A stretch of 59,989 nucleotides of DNA, the filler included. It is 6 parts of 6 records of this genome, joined end to end, with 100 filler letters (N's around TTAATTAATTAA, not from the genome) between each part and the next. Parts side by side here need not be neighbours in the genome. Positions count along the whole stretch, not along the records: positions 1 to 6,479 come from SRR31156797_7136; positions 6,580 to 13,562 come from SRR31156797_7141; 4 more parts are not named here. One strand, 5' to 3'. A program made the position numbers and the translations under genes. This document shows positions 1-8,731 of this stretch, piece after piece (the first letter of the stretch is position 1; the number at the start of each line of letters is the position of its first letter). Below the pieces are notes generated by a model. That model worked only from the letters and a program-made list of their open reading frames with translations. It was not told the DNA's origin and searched no databases.

Positions 1-220
1 CGAAGCCGGCACGATCCGAAAAGATGAATATAAGTATCTGTTGTCTTTAACTCTTTTTCCGAATATAGGTTTCAAAAACGCGATATTTTCCGCAAAAATG
101 ATATCCCACAATCACTACATGCATGCACAATTACATGACCCATTCAAATACATATTTCTACAGAGCCCAAGAAGGTAATAAGTATTTAAACATCACTCTG
201 CATTTCCCTGTTCCATCAAT

Positions 221-233
221 AAAGGTTATATAC
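221..233 (+). promoter_or_regulatory. Archaeal BRE/TATA promoter candidate for tRNA-Val
   Basis: Purine-rich AAAGG followed by TTATATAC about 70 bp upstream of the tRNA; a stem-forming leader (AGTTGCTCG...CGAACAACT) lies in between. Confidence 0.5.
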
Positions 234-301
234 AACTAGTTACATTAAGGAGTTGCTCGAGGGCGAAACCGTCACCGAACAACTTTATTCGCAAACAATG
301 T

Positions 302-378
302 GGGCCCGTGGTCTAGCCGGTTATGACATCGCCTTTACACGGCGGGGGTCATGAGTTCGAATCTCATCGGGCCCACCA
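302..378 (+). tRNA. tRNA-Val (TAC), CCA encoded
   Basis: Acceptor stem GGGCCCG/CGGGCCC, anticodon arm TCGCC-TTTACAC-GGCGG, T arm ATGAG-TTCGAAT-CTCAT, discriminator A then CCA. Confidence 0.97.
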
Positions 379-523
379 TACTTATCTGTTTCTCTTGCTG
401 CTTGTTTTTGTAGAGTCACTACTCTTTTCTCATTAGCATTACAATACGGAATGGAGCGCATGCGCTTGATTTATGAATCTAACTGAGGTGGGTTTAAATT
501 AAAGTTCTTTCTATGATCAGCTC

Positions 524-3127
524 TCAATTATATCGCAAATCGATAGGAATTATAAATGTGAATTTACTTCCTTTGCCAACTTCACTTTCGACATGTATTT
601 CCCCTGAATGCATTTCGATATAATATTTAACAATTGCAAGTCCTAATCCAGTTCCGCCATGGGTGCGGCTTGTCGATGAACTTACTTGTTTGAATGGATC
701 AAAAATAGCTTTTTGTTTTTCTAGCGGAATGCCAATACCATTGTCAGATATCGAAACCTGAACATTCCCATTCACTATATTAGAATCAAACCATATTTTG
801 CCATTATTATGTGTAAATTTGATTGCATTGCTAAGAAGATTATATAGTATCTGTTTGATCTTCATCTTGTCAACATTTATTTCCAGCTTTTCGAATTCAG
901 TTCTGGCTTCAAAACCAATATTTTTCTCTTTGACAAGAGGCTCTGTTAGTGCTATTATTTCATCCATTATTTCTTTGATATCTGTTATTTCAGGTGCATA
1001 TTCCATATTGCCAGATTCAATTTTTGAAATATCAAGAATATCATTTATCAATTCTAACAAATGATTCCCGCTTTTGTGTATATTAGAAACATAGTGCATT
1101 TGTTTTTCATTCAAATCACCGAATATTTGTTCATTCAACATCTGGGAAAAACCAATAACAGCATTGAGTGGTGTGCGAAGTTCATGACTCATATTTGCAA
1201 TGAACTCTGATTTAATTTGATTTGATTCTTCAGCTATGGCTTTAGCCTGAAAAAGGGCCATTTCAGCTTGTTTACGTTCTGTAATATCCTGTATCATTCC
1301 GATAACTACGTTCCTTTCAATAAAATATTCTGCAATAGAGCGAATATCGCGAACTTCATCATCAGTAGCTTTTTTTATTTTGAATTCAATATTATAAGGC
1401 AAATTCTTATTGACAAGATCATCCAGTGCTTTACCAAGTATAGGTCGATATTCCTGTAAAGAACGACTTCGTACCATTTCAATGGTGAGGTCTACATCTT
1501 CGAGGCCATATATTTTTCTTGCTTCATCGGAGGCATCAATTGTATTTGTATTTAGATCTATCTCCCAGCTGCCGACACTTCCAACACTTTGTGCAGTACG
1601 CAATTGCATTTCCGTCCTTAGTAATTCTGTCTCTGCCATTTTATGTTCTGTAATATCAAGGGCAAAACCATCTATTAAAAATGAATCATCATCTGATTTT
1701 GATTTTACATTTGTTCTTGCATTGATCATTAACCATGCATGTTTACCATCTGCACGCAAAGCCTCAAATTCAAAATTTTCAACATGACCCTGTTTTGCAA
1801 GGATATTGATAAGCTCGTCACGACGTCCCTGATCAACATATAATTGTTCTCCTACATTCTGCATGTATTCGAGGGCTTCTTCTTTACTCTCTTTACCTAT
1901 AATCCGCGCCATCTCAGGATTTGCCTGAAGAGCTTTTCCATCAGAATTAGTACGATAGATCCCAACAGGGACATTATCTATGAATTCCTGGAGCTTTTCT
2001 TCATTCTCTTTTACAGCATCCAGTACCCGATTGAAACTTCTGGGTATTACCTCGAAATCAATACCGATATCAACATTTGCTCTCCTGTCCAGTTTACCCT
2101 GAAGAGTAGCATTGGTTATGTCATCAAAGTCAGTAACTATTTTTTGAATTCCACCAGAAATAGATCTGCTTAGAAGGAATGCAGCTAAAACACCAAGAAT
2201 TACAAAGACTAGAACAGCCATTATTAAACTGTTCCTGATTGCCAGTAGAGGACCTGCAAACTCTTCATAGTAAGTAGTTGATATTATATACCAATCATTT
2301 GGCCCATAGTACGTGTAGCCTGCAATTTTTTTGCGACCCTCCCACTCATAGGCAATAATGCCTTCTTTGTTGTTGATAATATCTTTTATAAAGTCATACT
2401 CATAGACATTCTCACCTTCTATATTAGGATGAAGTACAAGATTTCCTTCAGAGTCCATTATATAGGTATATCCAGTCTCACCTACAACAATTTCACCCAT
2501 ATGATCGTTTATCGTACTGATAAATGGAGATTCAAGAACACCAACGTAAAGAATACCTATAATCTCACCACCACTATTTCTGATCGGTTCGTATGCGGTC
2601 AGATACCAGGCATTGACTACCCATGCCCTTCCGTAAAACGTTTCTCCTTTGTTGACAACTGTATCATACACTGGTTGCGACACTATAGTACCGACTGCTC
2701 TTTCTCCCTCATTGGTGATAACGTTAGTAGAGATTCTTACAGCCTTTCCATCCAGTACCTGAAATACAGTAGCAGTCCCTCCTACCATATTCTTGACATT
2801 ATCGACAATTTCAAAATTATTGTTGACAACATAATCTTCCCCCAGTACCATTTGTCCATCAACAATTTCAGGATTTCCGTTTGAGTAAAAAACAGTCCTT
2901 GCAACCCCCAAATCACTGTTTACTTTGTCTTGTGCGAGGGAGAAAGTAGACTCGATATAAACTGTTTCAAGGAACAATTGGTCATTCAAATACTCTTCTA
3001 ATTGAGACCAAGTACCAGCTTCTGTTTGCTCGTAAGCATAAAAACCAACAATGGTTACGGGTAATATAGTTAATAACAAAGATACTAACAATATTTTATG
3101 ACTGATACTTATTTTTTTAAAATTCAT
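524..3127 (-). CDS. Membrane sensor histidine kinase (Cache3/Cache2 + Cache + HAMP + 2 PAS + HisKA/HATPase)
   Basis: Two TM segments flank a Cache region (GGTATVFQ...RISTNV...RAVGT...YGRAWVVNAWYLTAYEPI); PAS repeats end in DITE; H-box ANMSHELRTPLN; N box NLLSNAIKFT; G boxes DNGIGI and GGTGLGL. Confidence 0.93.
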   Translation of the reverse strand: MNFKKISISHKILLVSLLLTILPVTIVGFYAYEQTEAGTWSQLEEYLNDQLFLETVYIESTFSLAQDKVNSDLGVARTVFYSNGNPEIVDGQMVLGEDYVVNNNFEIVDNVKNMVGGTATVFQVLDGKAVRISTNVITNEGERAVGTIVSQPVYDTVVNKGETFYGRAWVVNAWYLTAYEPIRNSGGEIIGILYVGVLESPFISTINDHMGEIVVGETGYTYIMDSEGNLVLHPNIEGENVYEYDFIKDIINNKEGIIAYEWEGRKKIAGYTYYGPNDWYIISTTYYEEFAGPLLAIRNSLIMAVLVFVILGVLAAFLLSRSISGGIQKIVTDFDDITNATLQGKLDRRANVDIGIDFEVIPRSFNRVLDAVKENEEKLQEFIDNVPVGIYRTNSDGKALQANPEMARIIGKESKEEALEYMQNVGEQLYVDQGRRDELINILAKQGHVENFEFEALRADGKHAWLMINARTNVKSKSDDDSFLIDGFALDITEHKMAETELLRTEMQLRTAQSVGSVGSWEIDLNTNTIDASDEARKIYGLEDVDLTIEMVRSRSLQEYRPILGKALDDLVNKNLPYNIEFKIKKATDDEVRDIRSIAEYFIERNVVIGMIQDITERKQAEMALFQAKAIAEESNQIKSEFIANMSHELRTPLNAVIGFSQMLNEQIFGDLNEKQMHYVSNIHKSGNHLLELINDILDISKIESGNMEYAPEITDIKEIMDEIIALTEPLVKEKNIGFEARTEFEKLEINVDKMKIKQILYNLLSNAIKFTHNNGKIWFDSNIVNGNVQVSISDNGIGIPLEKQKAIFDPFKQVSSSTSRTHGGTGLGLAIVKYYIEMHSGEIHVESEVGKGSKFTFIIPIDLRYN

Positions 3128-3760
3128 CTAGTATGCCCCAGATATATGTGAAATCATTTCATCTGAAAATACACACCAAATCTGTTGTTTCCGTGTGCAA
3201 TATGGCATTATCCTATATAATTGAAAACTGATTAAGTGTAAGATTCGTAAAAAGTATTGAAGTAACGGCACTGAATACCTTTTTTGAATATTCAGGTCCA
3301 TTGGAATGTTATTATTCCGTCTACGTGAATTCAATTCCTTTGACTTTGAAAAACATGTAGTATGGTTAACAATCAAAGATATTATCAATCTCAATTTATT
3401 CCATATCTGTAAAGTATGCCACTGGGGATACATGCCTGTATATGATTGTATAAGGAATAATATATAAATCCACTCATTAAAATATAACTAATATTATACG
3501 AGATGATTATATTTGTCATGGATAAATTATAATCCTTGACAAAACATACAAGCTATTTTATAGCCATGTGTCAGATTGCTTTTTTACCATATTATGGCTC
3601 TGTAGAAATCTGTTAATTACAACTTTGAGTTCAGTAATCTTCAATGACTGTGTTATTTCGATAGTATTCGGATGGGTATTCAGAATAGTAGTTCATGAAT
3701 AACTTTAACCATCACGGAGAGTCCCGGCGAAGCTGGCATAATTCAAAAAACTGAATAAAT

Positions 3761-4027
3761 ATGTTGCCTTCAACTCTTTTCCTGCATAATAAAAATTTAA
3801 TTAAGAACGTGAAAAGCATTATTGCCGCCATGGTCTTTCACTTTATTATCAATATGTCCCAGGAGCTTCTGGGTATAACCCGGAACACAAAATGTATAGA
3901 GACTGTTGTGATGATCTTTGTAGCAGTTCTTCTAATATTCGCATATTCTTTAGCCAACCTTTTTATCAAAGTTAGGTCTACTATTTTAAAGGAGCATTCT
4001 TCGTATTTTAAGACAGTTATTAGATAG
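3761..4027 (+). pseudogene. Probable 3' remnant of a CPBP (CAAX protease/Abi) intramembrane protease
   Basis: KNVKSIIAAMVFHFIINMSQELL resembles the C-terminal HxxxN motif of CPBP proteases; the upstream EExxxR and FxxxH motifs are absent. Confidence 0.5.
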
Positions 4028-4039
4028 TGGAAGTGGAAC

Positions 4040-5383
4040 ATGAAGATCATATATTTCCTAATGTGGATATCGATAGTACTTTTTGCCTTGACAATTCAAA
4101 CAGGTGCAGCAGTCGAGTATGGACCTGATAACTGTCTGGACTGTCATGGTTCTATGAACGTATTTCCGGCGATTGTAGACGACTGGGAGAGCAGCAAACA
4201 TGCAGAGAACGGTGTATCATGTGGGGACTGCCACATTGCTGACCCCGATGACCCTGATGCACAGGTGCATTTTGGACCTCACATCTCACCTGTAGTATCA
4301 GCAAGTGATTGTGGATCATGCCATGCCAAAGAGTTCGAAGAGAACACCCAGAGCCTGCATGCTCTTGGTGCCCTGTACTATGAAGTGGATTTTGACAATC
4401 AGGCATTGCCATATCTTGAAAGCAAGATAACGGTTGATGGCGAGACCATTGTGAGCCATGATGCTACGGTCAATGGCTGTCAGGCATGTCATGGGACCAA
4501 TATGACCGGAAAAAGTACAGATGATGCCAGCGTATGGCCCAATAATGGAATTGGAAGAATAAATCCTGATGGAAGCCTGGGATCATGTGCCTCCTGTCAC
4601 ACACGCCACCTTTTCTCAGTTGAAGAAGCAAGAAAGCCGGAATCATGTGAACAATGCCATCTAGGACCGGATCATCCTCAGACAGAGATATTCTCAGAAT
4701 CAAAGCACGGGAGTATATATCATACTGAAGGTGACAAGTGGAACTGGAGTTCTGAACAGTGGGTAGCCGGAGAGGATTACAGGGCACCTACCTGCACTGT
4801 ATGCCATATGTCCGGGGCAGATGAACTTGAACCCACACATGATGTGAGTTCTCGTCTTTCATGGGAACTTGAACCTCCTGTATCAAGACATACCGACAAC
4901 AAGGCTAACATATTTGGAACTCCCATCAGCGATGGATCCACGTGGCAGGAAAAGCGAAATCGTATGTACTCCGTGTGTGCACAATGCCATTCAGGTGATT
5001 GGATCACGAATTACTATGAAAATGCAGACAATACTGTTGAGCTGTATAATCAGAAGTACGCAGGAGCAAAACTAATAGTTGATGAGCTCAGGGAAGATGG
5101 ACTTCTGACCGAGCAGAACTTTGATGAGCCCATAGAATTCAAGATATATGAATTCTGGCATCATGAGGGGAGACGTGCAAGAATGGGTGCATTCATGATG
5201 GGGCCTGATTATGTACAATGGCATGGATTCTATGAACTACTAAAAGATGAAGCTGAACTTGAAGAAATGGCAGAGCAGATCAGAACGGGTTCCGATAGTC
5301 CCGGATTGCCGGGATTTGAAGTTCTTTTTTCAGGAATCTGTATTCTTGGTGTGGTCTTTTTGCATTTGAGAAAGAGGCTTTGA
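4040..5383 (+). CDS. Octaheme cytochrome c, hydroxylamine oxidoreductase (HAO) family, with signal peptide and PGF-CTERM tail
   Basis: Eight CxxCH motifs (CLDCH, CGDCH, CGSCH, CQACH, CASCH, CEQCH, CTVCH, CAQCH); HAO signatures CxxCHTRHxFS, CHLGPDHPQ and MGPDYxxWHG; C-terminal LPGF + hydrophobic helix + RKR. Confidence 0.92.
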   Translation: MKIIYFLMWISIVLFALTIQTGAAVEYGPDNCLDCHGSMNVFPAIVDDWESSKHAENGVSCGDCHIADPDDPDAQVHFGPHISPVVSASDCGSCHAKEFEENTQSLHALGALYYEVDFDNQALPYLESKITVDGETIVSHDATVNGCQACHGTNMTGKSTDDASVWPNNGIGRINPDGSLGSCASCHTRHLFSVEEARKPESCEQCHLGPDHPQTEIFSESKHGSIYHTEGDKWNWSSEQWVAGEDYRAPTCTVCHMSGADELEPTHDVSSRLSWELEPPVSRHTDNKANIFGTPISDGSTWQEKRNRMYSVCAQCHSGDWITNYYENADNTVELYNQKYAGAKLIVDELREDGLLTEQNFDEPIEFKIYEFWHHEGRRARMGAFMMGPDYVQWHGFYELLKDEAELEEMAEQIRTGSDSPGLPGFEVLFSGICILGVVFLHLRKRL

Positions 5384-5552
5384 TATCAGGTCTATGATTT
5401 TTGCATTGAGGTGCTGAGCAGAGCGATGCACCTCGATTCGTGCTTCTAAAGCTTTATCAGATTTGCAAAACTCATCGCCATCAAACTCTCAGCTACTTTT
5501 TTTGCATCTATATTCAGAAGAATGAAACGTCATATTCACTATCATAAGACAT

Positions 5553-5963
5553 CTATACTATTATTTTAAACCTGCACTCATCATCCCCTGAAAGGACTGT
5601 TCTTTCCATCAAGATATCTACCTCTCTATCAAGAGCAATCCTGAATTTCTTTTTTAGATTTCCCATGGTGCAATAGCAGAGAGTTGGCGAAGCATCCTCC
5701 AGATTCTCGTTGACAAGAGGACAATAACATTGGTCAAAGACAACATAGATGTCATCACCTTCAATTTTGACTCGCCATTGTTGAGACAGTTTTTCCAAAA
5801 GATCAGCTTCGCCGCTGGAACTGTCCCTGATCGCTAACAATCGTTCATCTGTGAGATGGGTGAATGGACAATTTTCACCACATGTTTCCATGACCTTGAT
5901 CTTTGTTTTGTCGTCAAGGTTATCGTCCAGGCTTTTTAGCAGGTTATTGAGCCAGATATTCAT
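5553..5963 (-). CDS. Cys-rich DUF6144-like protein (V4R-like metal-binding)
   Basis: Motifs METCGENC, CYCPLV, LCYCTMG and TVLSGDDECRFKI. Confidence 0.75.
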   Translation of the reverse strand: MNIWLNNLLKSLDDNLDDKTKIKVMETCGENCPFTHLTDERLLAIRDSSSGEADLLEKLSQQWRVKIEGDDIYVVFDQCYCPLVNENLEDASPTLCYCTMGNLKKKFRIALDREVDILMERTVLSGDDECRFKIIV

Positions 5964-6089
5964 AATTTTACTGCTGATCTCTTTTTATTAGTGGTTGTCG
6001 GAGGGAACTCGGTCAGTTTCAGCAAAAATAGATAAGAAACATGGCATATTGTTTACTATATAATGATAGATCTGTAAGTGAGCTATAAC

Positions 6090-6479
6090 ATGAATAAAGT
6101 AAAAATACTTGGAGTTGGGGCAAGTCCTCGAAAGAATGGGAACACTGATATCCTGCTTGACAGTTTTTTAAAAGGAGCGGAATCTGCAGGTGCTAAGACA
6201 AAGAAGACCCATTTGAGGGATTATTCCATTAAGTCCTGTATTGGTTGTGAAGCCTGCAGAAAAAGCAGAATCTGTACAAAGTTCCATGATGGTATGGAAA
6301 TTCTTTATCCCGAAATAGAGGAATGCAAAGGTCTTGTCCTTGGTTCTCCAACCTATAACTACAACGTAACATCGGATATGAAAACCTTCATAGACAGATT
6401 ATATCCTTACTATAATTTCACAAATGACCGCCCCAGACAATATTCAAGTAAACTTGCAGATCAGGGTCGAAAAGCAATT
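6090..6479 (+). CDS. Flavodoxin-family / iron-sulfur flavoprotein (NADPH-dependent FMN reductase-like), 3' truncated by contig end
   Basis: GASPRKNGNT FMN loop, CIGCEAC...C Fe-S motif, LGSPTYNYNV, MKTFIDR. Confidence 0.88.
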
Positions 6480-6579
6480 NNNNNNNNNNNNNNNNNNNNN
6501 NNNNNNNNNNNNNNNNNNNNNNNTTAATTAATTAANNNNNNNNNNNNNNNNNNNNNNNNNNNNNNNNNNNNNNNNNNNN
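6480..6579. other. Artificial contig spacer
   Basis: N44-TTAATTAATTAA-N44; the 12-mer gives stops in all six frames. Confidence 0.99.
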
Positions 6580-7094
6580 GCTATCTCATCAACAGCTCCA
6601 AATGGTTCATCCATCAGAATTATATCAGGATCAGCAGCAAGTGCTCTTGCAACTCCTATTCTCTGCTTTTGTCCTCCACTTAATTCTCTCGGATATCTGC
6701 TCAGATGTTCCTCTTCAAGTCCGACTAGCTTAACTAACTCTTTTGCTCTCTCATGCATCTCTGTTTTATCACTTTTTTTAATATCAAGTACATAGTTGAT
6801 ATTTTGTTCAATAGTCATATGTGGAAACAAACCTATCTGTTGGATAACATAACCTATACTTCTTCTCAGTTCAATTGTATCCCAGTCTCTTATATCTTTT
6901 CCTTCAACTAAAATACTTCCTGCATCAGGTTCTATTAATTTATTTACCATTTTAACAAGAGTTGTTTTTCCACATCCCGAAGGCCCCAGTATAGTTACAA
7001 ACTCCCCTGCCTCGATATCGAGACTAAGTTCATCTATTATTCTGCTTCCCTCTTGATATGACTTTACTATATTTCGAAATTCGATTACAGACAT
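6580..7094 (-). CDS. Osmoprotectant ABC transporter ATP-binding subunit (OpuCA/ProV-like), 3' truncated
   Basis: Walker A GPSGCGKTT, IGYVIQQIGLFPHMT, LSGGQKQR, Walker B ILMDEPFGAVD. Confidence 0.92.
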
Positions 7095-7987
7095 TATAAT
7101 ATACCTTTCTTTTTCAGGAACTCCTCAGCTACATCTTTTGGATTTTTCTTTTCGATCTCTACCATGTAGTTCATTTCAGTCATCTCTTCATTACTGATTT
7201 TATCTGTTAAGAGTTCTAATACTTTTTCTAACTCAGGATATTTTTTTAGAGTTTCATTTCTTATCAAAGTAGCTGCAAAATATGAAGGGAAGAAGTTTTG
7301 GTTGTCATCTAGTACAACTAAACCATACTGTTTTAATCTTCCGTCAGTTGAGAATATATTGATTACATCTACTTGATCTTGTCCTATTGCATCATATTTT
7401 AAACCAATATCAAGTTCCGTTTTATCTTTAAAGTCAAACCCATATGTATTTGAAAGTCCGGGATATCCATCTTCTCTTTCGAAGAAGTCATACTCTGCTC
7501 CCAATTTTAGATTTGGACTGTTTTTTGCTAAATCAGAATAAGTCTTAATTCCTAAATCATCAGAAAGTTCTTTTTTCACTGCTATTCCATAAGTATCATT
7601 AAATCCATAAAGACCTGACCACTTAATATCATATTTCTCTTCATAAGCTTTTTTTACTTCTGAGTATAACTCCATAGGATTATTGATCAGTTGTTGTTTT
7701 AATACAAATAACCAACCTGTTCCTGTATATTCAGGATAAATATCGATTTCGCCTTTTTCCATAGCCGGGTGAATATTAGATGTTCCCCCACCAATACCTA
7801 ATTTTTGCTCAACTGTTATATCTGTTTTTTCTTCTATTAATTTAGTAAGCATCTCTACTATGATATATTGCTCTGTCATTGGTTTACTTGCTATTACTAC
7901 TTTCTTTTCCTCTTTTTTTCCACATCCTGCTAATATTACAGCTACGAATAAAGCAGCTACAATAAATATACTTTGTTTTTTAAACAT
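7094..7987 (-). CDS. Glycine betaine/choline ABC transporter substrate-binding lipoprotein (OpuCC-like)
   Basis: Lipobox ILAGC; SKPMTEQYI, GEIDIYPEYTGTG, FNDTYG, EREDGY, STDG. Confidence 0.92.
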   Translation of the reverse strand: MFKKQSIFIVAALFVAVILAGCGKKEEKKVVIASKPMTEQYIIVEMLTKLIEEKTDITVEQKLGIGGGTSNIHPAMEKGEIDIYPEYTGTGWLFVLKQQLINNPMELYSEVKKAYEEKYDIKWSGLYGFNDTYGIAVKKELSDDLGIKTYSDLAKNSPNLKLGAEYDFFEREDGYPGLSNTYGFDFKDKTELDIGLKYDAIGQDQVDVINIFSTDGRLKQYGLVVLDDNQNFFPSYFAATLIRNETLKKYPELEKVLELLTDKISNEEMTEMNYMVEIEKKNPKDVAEEFLKKKGIL

Positions 7988-8648
7988 TGATTTTCCCCTC
8001 CGTTTTGTCGTCTCCTAATATTTTCATACGTAATCTGTTCTCTACCTTACCTAATATGAAATCACTAATGATTGCTAAGAAAGCCACTAATAAACTTCCT
8101 GCAATTGTCATCTCCGGGAAGTTTGTTGTTATCCCTCTCCAAATCGCTGTTCCCAGACCGCCTGCACCTATAAATGACGCTATTCCACATAGAGCTATAG
8201 TCATGATAACCATTGTTCTAAATCCTGTGAAAATTATCGGCAGTGCCAAAGGAAGCTGAATCCGCAGAAGAAGTTGACTCTTCGTGCTTCCCATTCCTAT
8301 AGCTGACTCCATTATTTGAGAATCTACTTCCATTATCCCGACATAAGTATTTCTGATTATCGGTAAGACTCCATACACCGACAATGCTATTATTGCACTT
8401 TTAGCACCGATTCCTGTTAAAGTTACCAGGAAACCAAATAGTGCAATTGAAGGAATCGTGTACATAAAATTCGTTACTGCCAATACTACATTAGCGAGAA
8501 TTTTATTTCTTGTCATTGCAACTCCCGTTATTAATCCTATCACTGTAATTATCACTATAGATATCAATGTTAAGTTGATATGCTCCATCAGAAGCTTAGC
8601 AAAAAACTCCCACCTCTCAACGTACAGCTTTAGTATACCTTTAATCAT
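7980..8648 (-). CDS. Osmoprotectant ABC transporter permease (OpuCB-like)
   Basis: TIPSIALFG, LPIIRNTY, EAA-like loop ESAIGMGST, IQLPLALP, FIGAGGLG. Confidence 0.92.
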   Translation of the reverse strand: MIKGILKLYVERWEFFAKLLMEHINLTLISIVIITVIGLITGVAMTRNKILANVVLAVTNFMYTIPSIALFGFLVTLTGIGAKSAIIALSVYGVLPIIRNTYVGIMEVDSQIMESAIGMGSTKSQLLLRIQLPLALPIIFTGFRTMVIMTIALCGIASFIGAGGLGTAIWRGITTNFPEMTIAGSLLVAFLAIISDFILGKVENRLRMKILGDDKTEGKINV

Positions 8649-8689
8649 CTTTTTTGCCGCCTCTCCTCTCTATTTCTTACTTACATTTA

Positions 8690-8718
8690 AGCCTAGCTCA
8701 CTTTTATATGAATGTCAA
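8690..8718 (-). promoter_or_regulatory. Sigma70 promoter for the opu operon
   Basis: Minus strand TTGACA-17 bp-TAGGCT, then the RBS GAGGAG before the permease ATG. Confidence 0.6.
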
Positions 8719-8731
8719 TTTTTCTATTATT

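Noticed and set aside
798-3433. Short ORFs antisense to the kinase gene and ORF 3128-3433
   Set aside because: Shadow frames of a well-supported gene or low-complexity intergenic frames with no motifs. The same applies to the many antisense ORFs over the dmp, araB, GH172, TPM and SulP genes.
5400-5500. GAGGTGC...GCACCTC hairpin and a minus-strand GGCGATGAG resembling the start of a fluoride riboswitch
   Set aside because: The required pairing partner and pseudoknot are absent, and it lies between convergent 3' ends with no downstream gene to regulate.
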